Part shown: positions 12,548 to 26,100 of the stretch, piece by piece
Numbering within the stretch: position 1 is the stretch's first letter
How the letters are laid out: each line of letters opens with the position of its first letter
NCBI RefSeq assembly: GCF_031769215.1
Contig: NW_026782024.1
Location: forward strand, 620,001 to 684,000
Length of the DNA stretch: 64,000 nucleotides
Source: Ylistrum balloti
Taxonomy: Eukaryota
Direction: 5' to 3'
The notes under the pieces: model-generated
Databases searched by the model: none
Told to the model about the DNA's origin: nothing
The model's input: only the letters and a program-made list of their open reading frames with translations
Made by a program: the position numbers and the translations under genes

Positions 12548-13208
12548 TTTTTAAATCACCTGACTCGAAGAGTCAAGATGACCTACTGCTTTCGTGCATT
12601 ATCTATTGTCGAGTGCATGGTCCGTAAACTTTTCCTTTAAAACACTTCTCCTATTTATTACCTATGCGGATTTCAATCAAAGGACCGAAACGTCATTGGG
12701 AATGGGGAATCATGTCTTAAATTCAGAAAGTTGATTCGACCCCTAGGATCTGGGGATAGGACCCCAAAACGGGTAGTCAGACTTAAATTGATTTCATTCA
12801 AACGGGTAGTTAGACTTGAATTGATTTCATTCAAATTTGATCTGTAGGGAGGGCTGCAAATATTTCTTAAATTCAGAAAGTTGATTCGACTTCTAGAGAA
12901 TTATGGGCGGGGCCCCAAGGGGAAATTAGACAATATTTTACTTTATAAATCAACTCATTCTTAATGGTTTCATAGATTTCAACCAAAATTGGTCTGAAAA
13001 CATTATTTAGAGTGGGGAAGCATCTCTTGAATTTAAAAAAATGATTCAACCCCTAAAAAGGGAAGTTAGTTAATAATTTGCTCCAAAACTCTACTTCTTT
13101 ATGCTTGGGTAGATTTCACCAAATTTGACCTAACACATTATCAGAGACATGCAATGATATGAAACGAGCATGACGTGATCCTGAGATTATCCTGACAAAA
13201 TCTTATTT
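12548..13208 (+). mobile_element. Helentron-associated (HINE-like) non-autonomous element, copy A
   Basis: T-rich start followed by hairpin TGACTC-GAA-GAGTCA (12561-12575); three related core repeats beginning TTAAATTCAGAAAGTTGATTCGAC; includes a 33-bp unit x2 (12767-12832). Family assignment from recall of bivalve repeats. Confidence 0.55.
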
Positions 13209-14960
13209 ATTTTACTTTGGTCCAAAATTCAACATAACTAATTGAAAACAATTAGTCTGAAGTACTTGTTATGTGTCATTCGCGACAATGAGAAAAACAT
13301 TTTGGAGTTTGATTTGTTAAGAAAAAAAAAAGATAATTTGTTGTTATCTTTTAGTCCCATCAAAACTTCAAAACTTAAGAATAGGTAACTTTAGTAACCA
13401 TTTTGTAGCAGATTATGCATCTGTATTTTTATGAACTGAACATAACATTTATGAGTTGCTGATACTTTCAAGTAAAGTTCAAAATTTCACTTCATCAGAT
13501 TTGTCGGACAGCCATAAGTCTGTGGTTTGTCCATGACCGTCTTGTACTTAAAGTTTGAGATCGTAACATTGAACGTAATATTACTTACTCAGATTGACCA
13601 AGGTTTACATAGTGGGTATTATTTATGAAACAAAATCCGTTTACTATTTCGGAAAACTTGGTCCTTCTAAGCTTCCACTGGACAATTTAACCCTCGTTTT
13701 ATCGATTTCTATTCTTAACCAAAATTATGCTTGAATGACTCTCTATTGTTGTTCCTTGGTAATTTTACATTGTTTGACAGATATAAACTTATATTCATAT
13801 CGTCGATAAAATATAAGAAAAACATTCCTTTGATTTGTAATGCAAAAGAGTTAAGTAAATATCCACTCTTAAGTGTAATATCGTCAACAAATTAATCACA
13901 CAATAACTCCCCTGTGTGTGCTTATTCGATTACGTATAACACAACTCCTGTTTGTGTTAATTGTCAAAATGATATTTATATAGAACCTCTTGTTGGTATG
14001 TGGTATTAATGATAGTCACATCAACTCTTGTTTAAATATCGTCATCATAGCATCTTCGTGAATATGATAGTGACAAAGACATTCTGTGTTATATCGCCAA
14101 TGATATGTCAGCATGTACTCTCGCTAATGTTGTTAATGATTATTAATTATGAATTACATTTTAAATTCATACCTAGACAAGCGAGCAGGTATAGATGAAA
14201 CAAAAAACTTGATGAAGTATGACAATTGTTATTGTTTGAATATCAATATATCCCTACCAACCCTACCAAATACCATCTGTCGGCTACTTTACTTTTTCAC
14301 GATTGAAATTTTCGCGGCCATGTAATGCCCCACGAATAAGGGAAATATCTTCTTGTTTAAATGGTCTTAGATGTTACAAACAGGAAAATAGATATTTGAT
14401 CAAAATAACATTCTTGGTACAGTTTAATATAACAAAACGAACAGAAAAAAACCCTGTCATAACGTGTATTTTACTATTTTACTTGGCTACTCTAGAATGA
14501 TCTTATTAAGTTTGAAAATCGGTTTCATTTTACATATTTATTTTTTTAACTTTCAAAACTACATACACAATGCATGACTTCTTTGACGAGAGGGTTCATG
14601 CGCGTCAGCCGTTTCCCCATTCTCCGTTTTATTTAAGATCTGTACAATTAATAAGGTAAAACCTACCACGAATGTTGCTGGTGAAGATGTACATTTCTAC
14701 CGTTATCCACACTAACTTCATCGCTGAGGTCATCAGCCCCTTACACTTGAACACGTCTGTCTCTTCCGTCATACACACGCGGAGTAAAAGTTTCCTTTTT
14801 GGTTCGGTAAATCTTGTACACTACATAGTACGGTCTCATGCATGAGTGAAACTAATATATATAAATACCAGCATCATACTGCTCGGTTCTTGCGACATGC
14901 GTTACCGGGTATAACACCCACAGTCTGGCTGCTTTTACATGTAATCAGGTGTGCTCTTAC

Positions 14961-15020
14961 CTGTCGGGAAAACCAATCTCAGGGAGCTCCACACAATAGC
15001 CACGATAACAATTGACCATA
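14961..15020 (-). other. Candidate signal-peptide exon for the SUEL-TM gene
   Basis: Reads LWSIVIVAIVWSSLRLVFPT followed by a strong phase-1 donor ACAG|GTAAGA, phase-compatible with the SUEL exon. No in-frame ATG (TAA immediately upstream); the copy-B equivalent has TAG. Confidence 0.3.
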
Positions 15021-16151
15021 ATTAGGCTGAGAAATGATGTATTTTATGCTTTCTTGAATTTCGTAAATAGTGCTTTAAATCAGCAGAGCATCCCTACATG
15101 GTCATCCATCACTTTATCCTTCATAGTATAGAAAAATAAAACGTGTAGTCCGTTTCTCCAACAACGCAATTATTGTTTAATCCGTATGGAAACGAGGTTA
15201 AAACGAAATTAAGTTCTCGTGGGACTATAAAAGTATAAAAAAAGTGTGATGAGCTTTGTTGCTAACAACATGCACACCAAATTAAAAGACAGCTAAACCA
15301 TTTCTTTAAAATAAAAAGCTCTACTATTCCTTAACGCTTTAGCATGTTTTAAGATTTTGTCTATAACGTCACAAGGGGAATTATTTCTTAAGCACTGGAA
15401 ATTGAACTAAATTTAGCAAAAAAAATATTCTTTAGCAAGGAACTATCATTTCTTAAATTTCAAATTTGGTCTCTAATATTATTTCAAAATGGGAATTGTT
15501 TATTAAATAAATGATAGGGTTTTGACCCATTGAAATAGAATGGCAGACCCCAATGATAAACTTAGGTAAAAGTTGGCTTTAATATGGCGATAGTTCACCT
15601 GCAAAACATCTGTATTATGAGAAAGTATTTCTGAAACAAATAAAGTTAATTGTTTCCTAGACTATATACCAAATTTTAAGTTCAATATACTGTACATATG
15701 TAGGCCTAACACGATGATCTTGATGCAAAATACGCAGTCTCATAAATACAAAAGTCTGGTTTGTGGACAGGTGCTTACTTTTTTTTCCAGAATTTGTCTT
15801 TAATCTCAGTAAGCCTCTGATAGGGACCGACGGACGTATTATGCACCCGCTAGGGCGCCCTTGTTTGATAGCATTTGACAGAAACCTAGCAACGTCAAGC
15901 TTTACATTTATATACAACTATTAATAATGCATTATTCTTTCCGTTGAAAATTCCGATAGCAAGAAATTGTTAAAAATTGTGCCAGTTCCACTGAGATGAC
16001 TATTTGGGAGAAACGTTTTTAAGCAACAATGCTGTAATTTTTCAGCCTCGTAATCATGTTTTTCCTTGACAACGCCAACTATTTCTGATTCATTTTTGGC
16101 TTAATTCAGGAAGATGTGTCTATCGTCAGATGTCCGTTGTGGGCCGTTGTG

Positions 16152-16283
16152 GGTGATAGTCACAGTTATAATAACAGGCGATAGACACAATTGTAATTAC
16201 AGGTGATAGTCAGAGTTATAATTACAGGTGATAGTCACAATTATAATTTCAGGGAATAGTCACATTTGTAATTACAGTGATAG
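16152..16283. repeat. 25-bp minisatellite, ~5 units (copy A)
   Basis: Unit approx ACAGGTGATAGTCACAATTATAATT. Confidence 0.85.
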
Positions 16284-17186
16284 TAACTGTTGAGGTTAAA
16301 CATACATATTTTACCTTTGTATTTATGAGCAAGGAAAACACATACCATTTTATTTTTTGTTTGTAATAAGTATGCAGATCACAGAATTATTTTTTACCGA
16401 GAACTAAATGATTTCATCCCATTAGACCTGCAGCTAATCTTACATGGAAGTAATGAATTATCCAAAGACGAAAACAGTAAAATATGTCTTCACACTCAGC
16501 AATTTATTATTAATACAAATAGATTTTGATCCACCTCTCTCTCCTCCCCTCCTCACCTTCTGTCTTTCCATCTCGCTCTCTTTCTACTCTCTCCTTTCAT
16601 CTCAGCAGAACTCATTTTCTATAATATATTTAAAAAGCCACCTTGAATATGTATATTTTGTAAATATGTTGTTGGGAAAGGGCTTAATATAAGTTGGATA
16701 ACTTGTGCCCAGTCCCTTGTATATAACTGATACAATAAACTATGTTTAAAACAAAAGGAAAATCATATAAATGCAAACCATTAGAGGAAAGGTTTTCACT
16801 AGTTTTAATCGTCATATAGAAGTGAATTGAAGTGATTCGATGGAAATTAGTTTGTAAATTATCGAATGTTTGATTTGTTTTCTCCTTTAAAGTCTTAATG
16901 TACAAAAATAATGGATGCTAATTCTGCTTAATTATCACCAAACACCCAAAGACTGAAAGAATATCATTACTTTTAATTACTTACTATATCATTCATTGAT
17001 TTCTTATATCAATGATGTCTTTAAAAGTCCTGCGTATTTATCAAAACGTTAGTTAGGACAGCGTCTGTTGTAAGCTGTTCTAACTCTGGCCTAAAATATC
17101 AATGTCGAGGTAGTTTGTGCCCTGTTGACAGAAATTTTATTTCTCGTAATATCATTCATGACATCATGTTTCTAAGTTCATGATAA

Positions 17187-20100
17187 CTATGGATTGTTAG
17201 TGATAAACTTAGCCAGTGCTATAACGGCTTGTAACGTCTCCTCACCAGACGGGATTATCTGGTCGGCGGGTAATAAGAACCCGTACTCGCCTCTGTCCCT
17301 AAGCTCCACTCCGTAAGAATATTTAATATCCTGTTTTCCGTAGGTCCAGTCAGCACTGCTACCGCTAGCCACATCTGCAAACAGTGGCAAATTACTGAAT
17401 TCTGATTACCACATCTTTATAATCATCTATTATATAGTTTATTCCAATTCCAATTATAGAGGAAAGTCTAGCCATCACATGACATATATTAGTTCATTTG
17501 ATGTTAGTTCTTTTGAATCGCTGTGCCTATCACAGGTTGATGTTCCTAATGACATTTTATGTGTTGACGGGCCGTTAAGAACGTAATAATGATCATCTTA
17601 AGTTACTTCTACTCCATCTCTGTTACCATGGCGCTCAAATAAGAGCCTGTGATACATTAGGAAAAACCTGATAGTCTGTAATTTAAATTCAGTGTTGATG
17701 AAACTGTCAATATACAATAGAAAGATTGACACGAAGACCATTAGAAAAGTTAAAGGAAATAAAATCAAAATAAGCAGGAACCGCTTAGATATACTCCCAC
17801 TCCTGAAATAGGAAGTAGGTGGTCTACTTTCGCTTTGACCCATAACAACCAAAATATGACCGGATGAAGACTTATTGGTTTAATGATATGGTGTGAATAT
17901 GAATCAAATATGACATTTTGTATACAATGTTACTACGTACCCATGCAATCGCTTGTATCGCACACGGTTTTCTGAATGAGCCAATGTTTGGACAATAACG
18001 CTTCGATATTTTATATTCAGATTAAAGGTTTAAGTGTATCGTCAATATTAGAATGATTGAAAAGAACGTAATATACATATCTATATTCTGAACTGTTTTA
18101 ATAATAAAAATAAAGAAAAGCATTGATAGGGAATCTGGAACATTAACTGAAAGGAATAGATATATTTGATGACACTATACTTACATATTATGTTGGCGAT
18201 ACTGCCGTGTTCAAACTTTGTTCCATGGACAGCTTCAAGTGCGTCACAGGCGGCTTTACCTCCCTCGTCCTATGGAATAAATATGTATATAGCAGAGTGA
18301 TATGGAGAGAGTACTAGCTAAACAACATCAATGTGGAGATACTATTTAGATACAGAGACAGACATTTCCCCATTAACTTGGACTATTAGTTAAACATATA
18401 TTTTGAGAGGTACATGACCCTATGTTCCAAGGCAGGGTATTGTTCCTCCAGGTACCAGAAGTCTTCTATTCGTAAATGTACCTTGATTGATGCACGAGTC
18501 ATCTTATGATCGACATTGAAGAAATTTAAGAAACGATATACCAAACTTTTGCATCAAAATGTCAGACGGAGAGGATGATGATAACGATGATTATAATGGC
18601 AAGTCTCGATTCAATATTCTCATCTTTTAACGCTATTTCATCTATCGTTAATATCAGAAAGGTCTCGCAATCCAGGAATCGACTACGCATGATGATTAAT
18701 ATTGCATTTCATTTTATTGTTCATCATATAAAAAGATACATTGTTAACATTTAAACATTAAGTTGACGTCACAACGTTTACATCGTCCGCGTGGTATCTG
18801 TATTGCCTGACATTTTGGATAGATATTTTTTGTTTTCATTGCGTTTGCTTGTATTTATTTCTTAATTACGTCTCTGTTTTGTTTTTACAGCAGCACATGA
18901 GTTTATTACAGGAAGGGCAATATGTCGTATTTATTATGTTTATTGTAGGTGAAAAGATATAAAGGAAATTATATATATGATTGACAAAGCCGTTGTTGGC
19001 AATTTTAGAACTTTTATCGTCTAGACATTAACTGCATTGAACTGACAATTGATTAATTGTATCTTGTAGATTTCTACCTTAATCTGAGGAGTTTTTGAGA
19101 ATTTGAAAGCATAAAGGACTATACTATACATAACTTTACAGTACAATTACTGTATATTTTGCTTTGATAAAATGTGTTGTATGGTATTGTCTTCTGCCTT
19201 TGCTGTAGCAATTTATAAAGAATGATAGAGTTCTATCTCCATTTTTAATACACATACCGCCATCTTCTCCGTTGATATTACATAATGTTTTAAGTGTCTT
19301 TCTCTTGTCTCAACGTCAATGAACAGCTACACTAGAAATCCGCGTAAACAATGGATTTGACAGATGTTTAATATAGACAAACATTAAAAAACTACCCTAA
19401 GCCCCCCCCCCCTTTATTTACTAAATTTAGAGACAGTTTAACGCAAAAGAAACACTAGAAGGACGAAACATTGGCTTAGAGCAAATGATTGGAAGACACG
19501 AACGACAATTTGCAATTGTCAGATTTTGTCGAAGTTTATTATAGCTATTGCAATATTGTCATCGCTTTAAGAGTCTTATAGTTTTGTATGCTTGTTTGTA
19601 TGTGTCAACTCGAGATTAGACCATGTATTATTTTTACTTTGTTAAGACATGACGACTCCCGACTTAGTTTCGTTTTACAATCATAATTTATCGTTTAATC
19701 TCTAAAAGATGCATAAAACAAGTAAACAATTCTCTAAATGTACCATATCCTTGAAATCTTTCGGAAGTTCAGTTGTGTACCCCCAAGGACTCATCCAATA
19801 CTGGTAGAAACTGTGGAAGTCGATAAAGCCTTTAAGATTTGCTATACTCGCGATTTTATTAGCGACTTCCTTGACTTCGATCTCAGAGAATGCCGAGGGG
19901 CCGGCGTAGGTATCAGAGCACGGATCAGAGCTGGCGCCATTCTCTGTTAAGACAATATAACACATGCCAGTTACACTAATAAAATACATTACGAACAAAC
20001 TGTCATATCTATCCAATACCATTTTTACAAGTTATTCAATATTCACATGTCTACCTTACCATATTTATACAAACCTACCATTCCAATGAAAATCCCAGTT

Positions 20101-23100
20101 CCGGTTGGGATCAACTCCAGTGCATATCCCATGTACGGACATAGTTTTCCTCCACATTCGGTCCTGAAAAAATCAGTTGTTCGTATGTATATATTCCCTT
20201 CGTCTTATTTTTTCCATAATTTGAAAACTGATAGCTAACAATGAGTGTGGCACGTCTTTTTGAAATGGCACGAATTACCTTTCTCCTTCTTATTTTGATA
20301 CAGTTTACTGCTTAATGCTTCAAGAATATTTAACTAACTTAGCAAACTGATAGTTGTGTCAGTTTTGTTATGTAGGATATCTTGATGGTGTTTAAAGAGT
20401 TTGGGATTTTTTGCCTTTGTACAATCTTCCGTAAATGTGTTATTAAAAGCTACTGATATTTTTTGGTATTGTTTACCTTACACAAGATAGGCACTACTTT
20501 ATTCCTTGTTTAACTAATGTTACTAGAACTGAGATTTAATTGTCGACGAAATACAATAAAATCTGAAGAGTGTGAAGACAGCACAAGGACTCTTAGGGGA
20601 GATAAATCATTATCTATCACAGATTTGCCCAGTATGATTGCGATTTTGTCTACACTGCCATCTTGTCCAAATAGTAAATCAAAGATATTGAAACAATTTG
20701 AATATTACAATAAAAGACAATACCCCGTTCCAGGTTCGTTCGTATCCGTCCACATTGAAAACAGGGAGTATGTACCAGTCGTAGCTATCTACAAAATCTT
20801 TCAAAGCCTCGTAATTATCCAGCATCTGTAGTAAAAAGTAGTAGGTTACCGTTTCGGGTTATTGCAAGCATAATGGCTCTACCATTAAATATAGAAAACC
20901 GTTGCGATTGTCATCATGAAATTCTCAATCTTATAGAGCAAGAAGCATGTTTTATCGGTGATTCATCGATCGTTTTCGTGGCGTTTTAGAACAGGTCCTC
21001 TGTAATACTCTGTAATACAGAATTCAAAGAGTGACTAAAGATGTATGTCAAAAGTGAGGGATAAATTATATTTATCTGGACAGTGTGTAATACATATTCA
21101 TAGATGTGGTTTTCAGAACGGACGGAAGAAAATCAACTTTTGTGGTTTATCAAGGATACAGGTGTACAGATATGGAATATTTCCTTATCTAAAACTAACA
21201 GAAATATGTTTAAAGAGATTCAACAGTACACTTTCATATGACGTCACGAAAACACAGCCACCAAATGGCATGGATTCCTTTGCTATCCAAAGCACCTGAC
21301 TGTCCTGCCATATATATAATTGTTCTGTTGATATCGACACCCCGAGCTTGCATTCCTCCAACCATTCAGAACATTTACCTGCCCTGTCATACGTATAATT
21401 GTTCTGTTGATATACACCCCCACCCCACAACCCCCACCCCCAGAGCTTGCATTCCTCCAACCATTCAGAACACTTACCTGTCCAGTCATGTATATCACTG
21501 TAGCTGGTGATATCCATTCCCGGGAGTGAATTCCTCCTTCCATCCAGAATGCCGGTCTGGGATCAGGACTGGTGCTGGTGCTGATCTACATTTACATTAA
21601 CCATACACATGAACGGTATCGGACGCTATCTTAGTTATTTGTAACATTCATTTCAAATTACTCATATGCATTTTGCGATGAAAATGATTTAAGGCAGAGG
21701 AAACTCTGATGCCCAATATTTGCAGAAATGGAAAAAAGTGTTGCTGCACCGCTGCATGTTTTAGGATATGTGTAACAAGAAATACGTCTGTTTTCCGTGA
21801 ATTATCAGTATTATTACTATTGTCTCCAGCGAATTTCTTTACCGATAAGATGCAATGGAATAATACTGGAAAGAAAAAAAATCAAAATGCTAAGTTAAAA
21901 TTTCATTAAATAACCGCAAATTTTTACTCTAGAAACCGATTTATTTCAAATGCTTGAGTTCTATATTTGACAACTTTTTCCGATTCCGGTAAGATGTTTA
22001 GTAATTGAACATTTGACTTCGAAACGCCACTTTAGTCCGAGTGTTGGAGAGGTCATTTCCGGGATAATCTATCCACTCTACATTTCAGTGGTCTGTCGTT
22101 GTAAGTATACCTGTATCAAGACCTGTTATATATGAAAGGGATCATCGGTGACATGTGAAATTCCTTAGTTCAATGAACTTTTCATTCGTTACTTAATGAT
22201 ATGGTTATGTAATTTCAATATTAAAGCAAACAGACGTCTTGTCTTTAAATAACAAGAAAAGTATTAACCTCGTCCATCGTATAAACCCGTCAGAAATGGT
22301 AATCAAATACACGACACACTCTTCTAAATCAGCCGCTTTCGATCTTTTCCTGCAATATGGATAGCTTTCCATCAATTTCCCTATTTTGAATTTTCTATTT
22401 ATGGATAGCAACACACTGCATTCCCAACTTTAAAAATCTTAGTTGATTCGACACTCTAGGGTATGTTCCCATTATCACAATTTAACTGCAAGAATTCAAC
22501 TGACAAACGTCGGGTTTTAACAGATGCAGGTTGATGAAAATCGTGGAGAAGCTTACGGTCGTCACAATTATCTCATTGAGTCCTAATTTATTCCTTTAAG
22601 CGATATGACACTGGGTGTGTTTAATGCTAGTTAGTTTGTCTGTTAGTTCCGTTATTTCATACCTAGTTCTCATTTGAGAACGTGACATTACTTGCTTGAA
22701 TTGACCAAGGTTTACATGGCGGGTGTCGTCGATGATGCAGACGACCCTTACTCTTCCGGAAATTCCGATCTTATTCTCTTTGTTCTTCTTCATGAGTCTC
22801 CGTGTAAATCTTCCTTATGTTCATGTTTAGCCTTTGTTTTATTGACTTTGAGTTTGGATTACGATAATGTTGACATGTTTTGGTATTTTCTTGTTTCTTA
22901 TCGATAAATGTTTTTTTTCTACTTTTCTACACTATGTCTAAACATACGAGGGATTTCCTTTGGCGCTAAAAAGGAATTTAGATAACCAACGAATTTAACG
23001 AAAATTAATAATCATATTAGTGACGATACTTTTAACTCATCATATCTAATACTTCATATGTTGATAAACACATCATGATATTCGGATATTATAATATTCA

Positions 23101-26100
23101 TTATTCAAAACTGCATACACAATCGGTGCAATCAGGAACAAGAGACAAATACTTTAGCAAAGCCGTTGTAAAAAGTTTAGAATACAATACTTTAAATTAC
23201 ATTACCTTGATACCATTGATAGTTCGAGCTTCATAGGATTTCGTTATTTCGAACAATGAGGCTTTGTCGCTGTATGTATCAGTAATGTTCTTCATCCATG
23301 CCTCGATCTTGTAAACAGAAAGTTACCGAAAGTTGAATATTGGGTTTAAATCTTATTTCGATGTGGTGATGTAATATATGTATATAGGAAAAACGCTACC
23401 TCAATTTTGCATCAAGTACAAATGTTCACATGGATATTTCAAAATTTGATCAATTAACTGCTTACATTAGTTTAGAATTATAGTGTGTAGCACATATAAC
23501 CTTGGGTAAATTATTTCAGAATCGAATCTAAGCATACTACTAGGAATTCACACACTTCTTCTATAATTAGAATAGCTTATGGAAATGATTTGGAATTATT
23601 CATATACTCGTCAAATGACCTCTGTACAGTAAAAACATGTAAAATGCAGCATTATTATCACATCAGTGAATAGGAACACGAAAATTACCCTTTGTATTAC
23701 GACTGTTTATTTTACAGTTTGTTTATACTAGTTTATCTAAATCAGTCTTTACAGTATTCATAAATTTAATTCTGAACTGACACCCAACCAAAAGGGTTGT
23801 CATGGGATAAAAATCCGATTAAAAATGAAATTTACCTCGCTTAGTGTGTGATACTGTGAGTAATCGAAGTCGGCTTCCACGTCATAGGTGACGTATTTCT
23901 GAGCGTCTATCAACTTCTGCACGTCATCTATGATAACCGTTGGAAAGATTCCCCACAAATTGAAGGAAGCATATAAACGCTGAAACACCTCTGGGGACAT
24001 GCTCATATCCACAGGCACACCGACCTGGCGAGGGGCGAGCCAGAAATCCACCTGCAAATCGAAACACATGAAAGATTTACAATAACATCATCACAGCAGC
24101 GCCAAACAGTAATTTAAACTGCATCATACATATGTTTCGTCCTTCTAGGATTCGTCTGTGATGCTAAGATCTTAGGTTTTAAACCTAGGAGGCAACTGAG
24201 GGAAACTAAAATCAAAATTATGATGAGGAGGTTCAATAGCAGTACATTTCTGAATTTTCACATTTCTGATAATTTGATAAGAACGGAAAATACATGTGTA
24301 TATTCTGTGCCACACCAATATTCAAATAGATTAGAACATGACATGCAGGTTACGGCAAACATCGGGAACTAAAAGTTCACTGCAGAAAATGCGATACCGG
24401 AAGATACCATGTTAAAATTTTCCCGAATCAATTCAATCATATTGTTTTCATTATTTATAACAGTTTGAAGAGTACTTGCAATAAACCCTATACAAACAAG
24501 AACTTAAGGATCTATATGTAGATCTGACGTACCTTGTCATGACCCGTCTGTCCCTGCAACGCTTTCAAGGCCAGTAAATGTTCATACTTCTGAGGAACTA
24601 CCCTTACCACTTTGTATCTACATAGAAAAGAGGTCTACTTTATTATTATGTCAAACATTCGTTTACTGATAGAGTAAATTTCCTAAAACTGCTTGAAATG
24701 AATATGGTAAACATATTGTAGTATGTAAAATCACCATTGAATGTTTTAAGAACTGTGCTTAGAAATCTGTTTTGGCAGAGTAGGTCTACAGCGGTACTTA
24801 AAATTAGTAATGATAGCGATAAATTTCTCTTAACTGGACAGACATATTTACATTTTGTTCCATTCTGAGATTTTAATATCTCACCCTATAGAGTTGAGGA
24901 TTGATTTTCCTTTCATATTTATAATTTCAACGATGCAATGTAGCAATAAACACACCCACCTAGGAAGGTCGACAGAGTGAGACAAAAATAATCATTCACC
25001 CCCTGGTTTGTGAGGATAGGGTTGAACTCAACGAGGCAAGCTTCGTGTTTGCCCAATAAATCATCTTTCCTCTGGGTTTCAGATTATACTATCTTCAAGG
25101 GGATGAAAGATTCCATTATAATCTTAACACTATCAAAACATCAGAGTAGAAAAGAACTTCATACCGTGATTAATCTATGATCAAATCAACCATGTGGCTC
25201 AATGCAGATAGGAAAAAATGCGAAGCATTGCTAACAAAATTGATAGTGTAAATTCTCAAAGTCATTAATGATAGAGACATAACTGTGCCTGTAAACGCAA
25301 CTAAGGTTTGAGTTCCCAATTTATATCAAAGCTATAACTGAAACAGAATGTGAATATCAACAATCACTGAAGTTTATATTGGTGTCTCGGTTATTGTTTT
25401 CTTCGTTTATTTATCTATAAGTTTATCACTCCATACATTTCGTTCATATATATATATATATATATTTTAATGCAATTTCAAAGACATAAGTACAGTTTAC
25501 GACTGACATTTGTAACCATTGGTGTGAATATATACGGACCGATTCACTTACAGTAAAGAAAACAATAAAGACGAATCATGTGAGCATTGTTGAAGAAGTA
25601 TACAATATTATACTATGTTGACGTTGACATGTAGATTTCCGTCAACTCAGCTAAATCAACAGTGGATATTTATCATATATAAGTCAAATGCACATTTAAA
25701 TGTCCATTTGATATTAGATACAGCACAACTGTATTAAATTGTGAATTAAATCAATCCCTAGCTGTTTCATCCTAGGAATCGAAAGTATGGTTTTGTGGTA
25801 AAGGCCTAAATTGTTGACAACTAAGAGACAACTGTGGAAATATTGGCCGAAAGACTTGGCAAAACCAGATGGTGAGGTGCATTAGTTCATAAATGAATTC
25901 CATTACTTTCAATATTGAATGTCATCGTCGAGTACATGTGTATATTAACGATATCGCCACCTGTGCTATCGTTTTGTTGATGCAAATATAACCATATACC
26001 TTTTACATTTGTAATTTAAAAGTTTGATCGATAATGCAGCAGTGCGAGATATATTGAAAATTTTCAAACCATCCATTTTATAAACGAATTAATTTCAGTC

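Noticed and set aside
20517-20831. Plus-strand ORFs duplicated in both units (20517-20831/46981-47295, 21045-21299/47525-47779)
   Set aside because: They overlap carboxypeptidase exons/introns antisense; their similarity is explained by the duplication.
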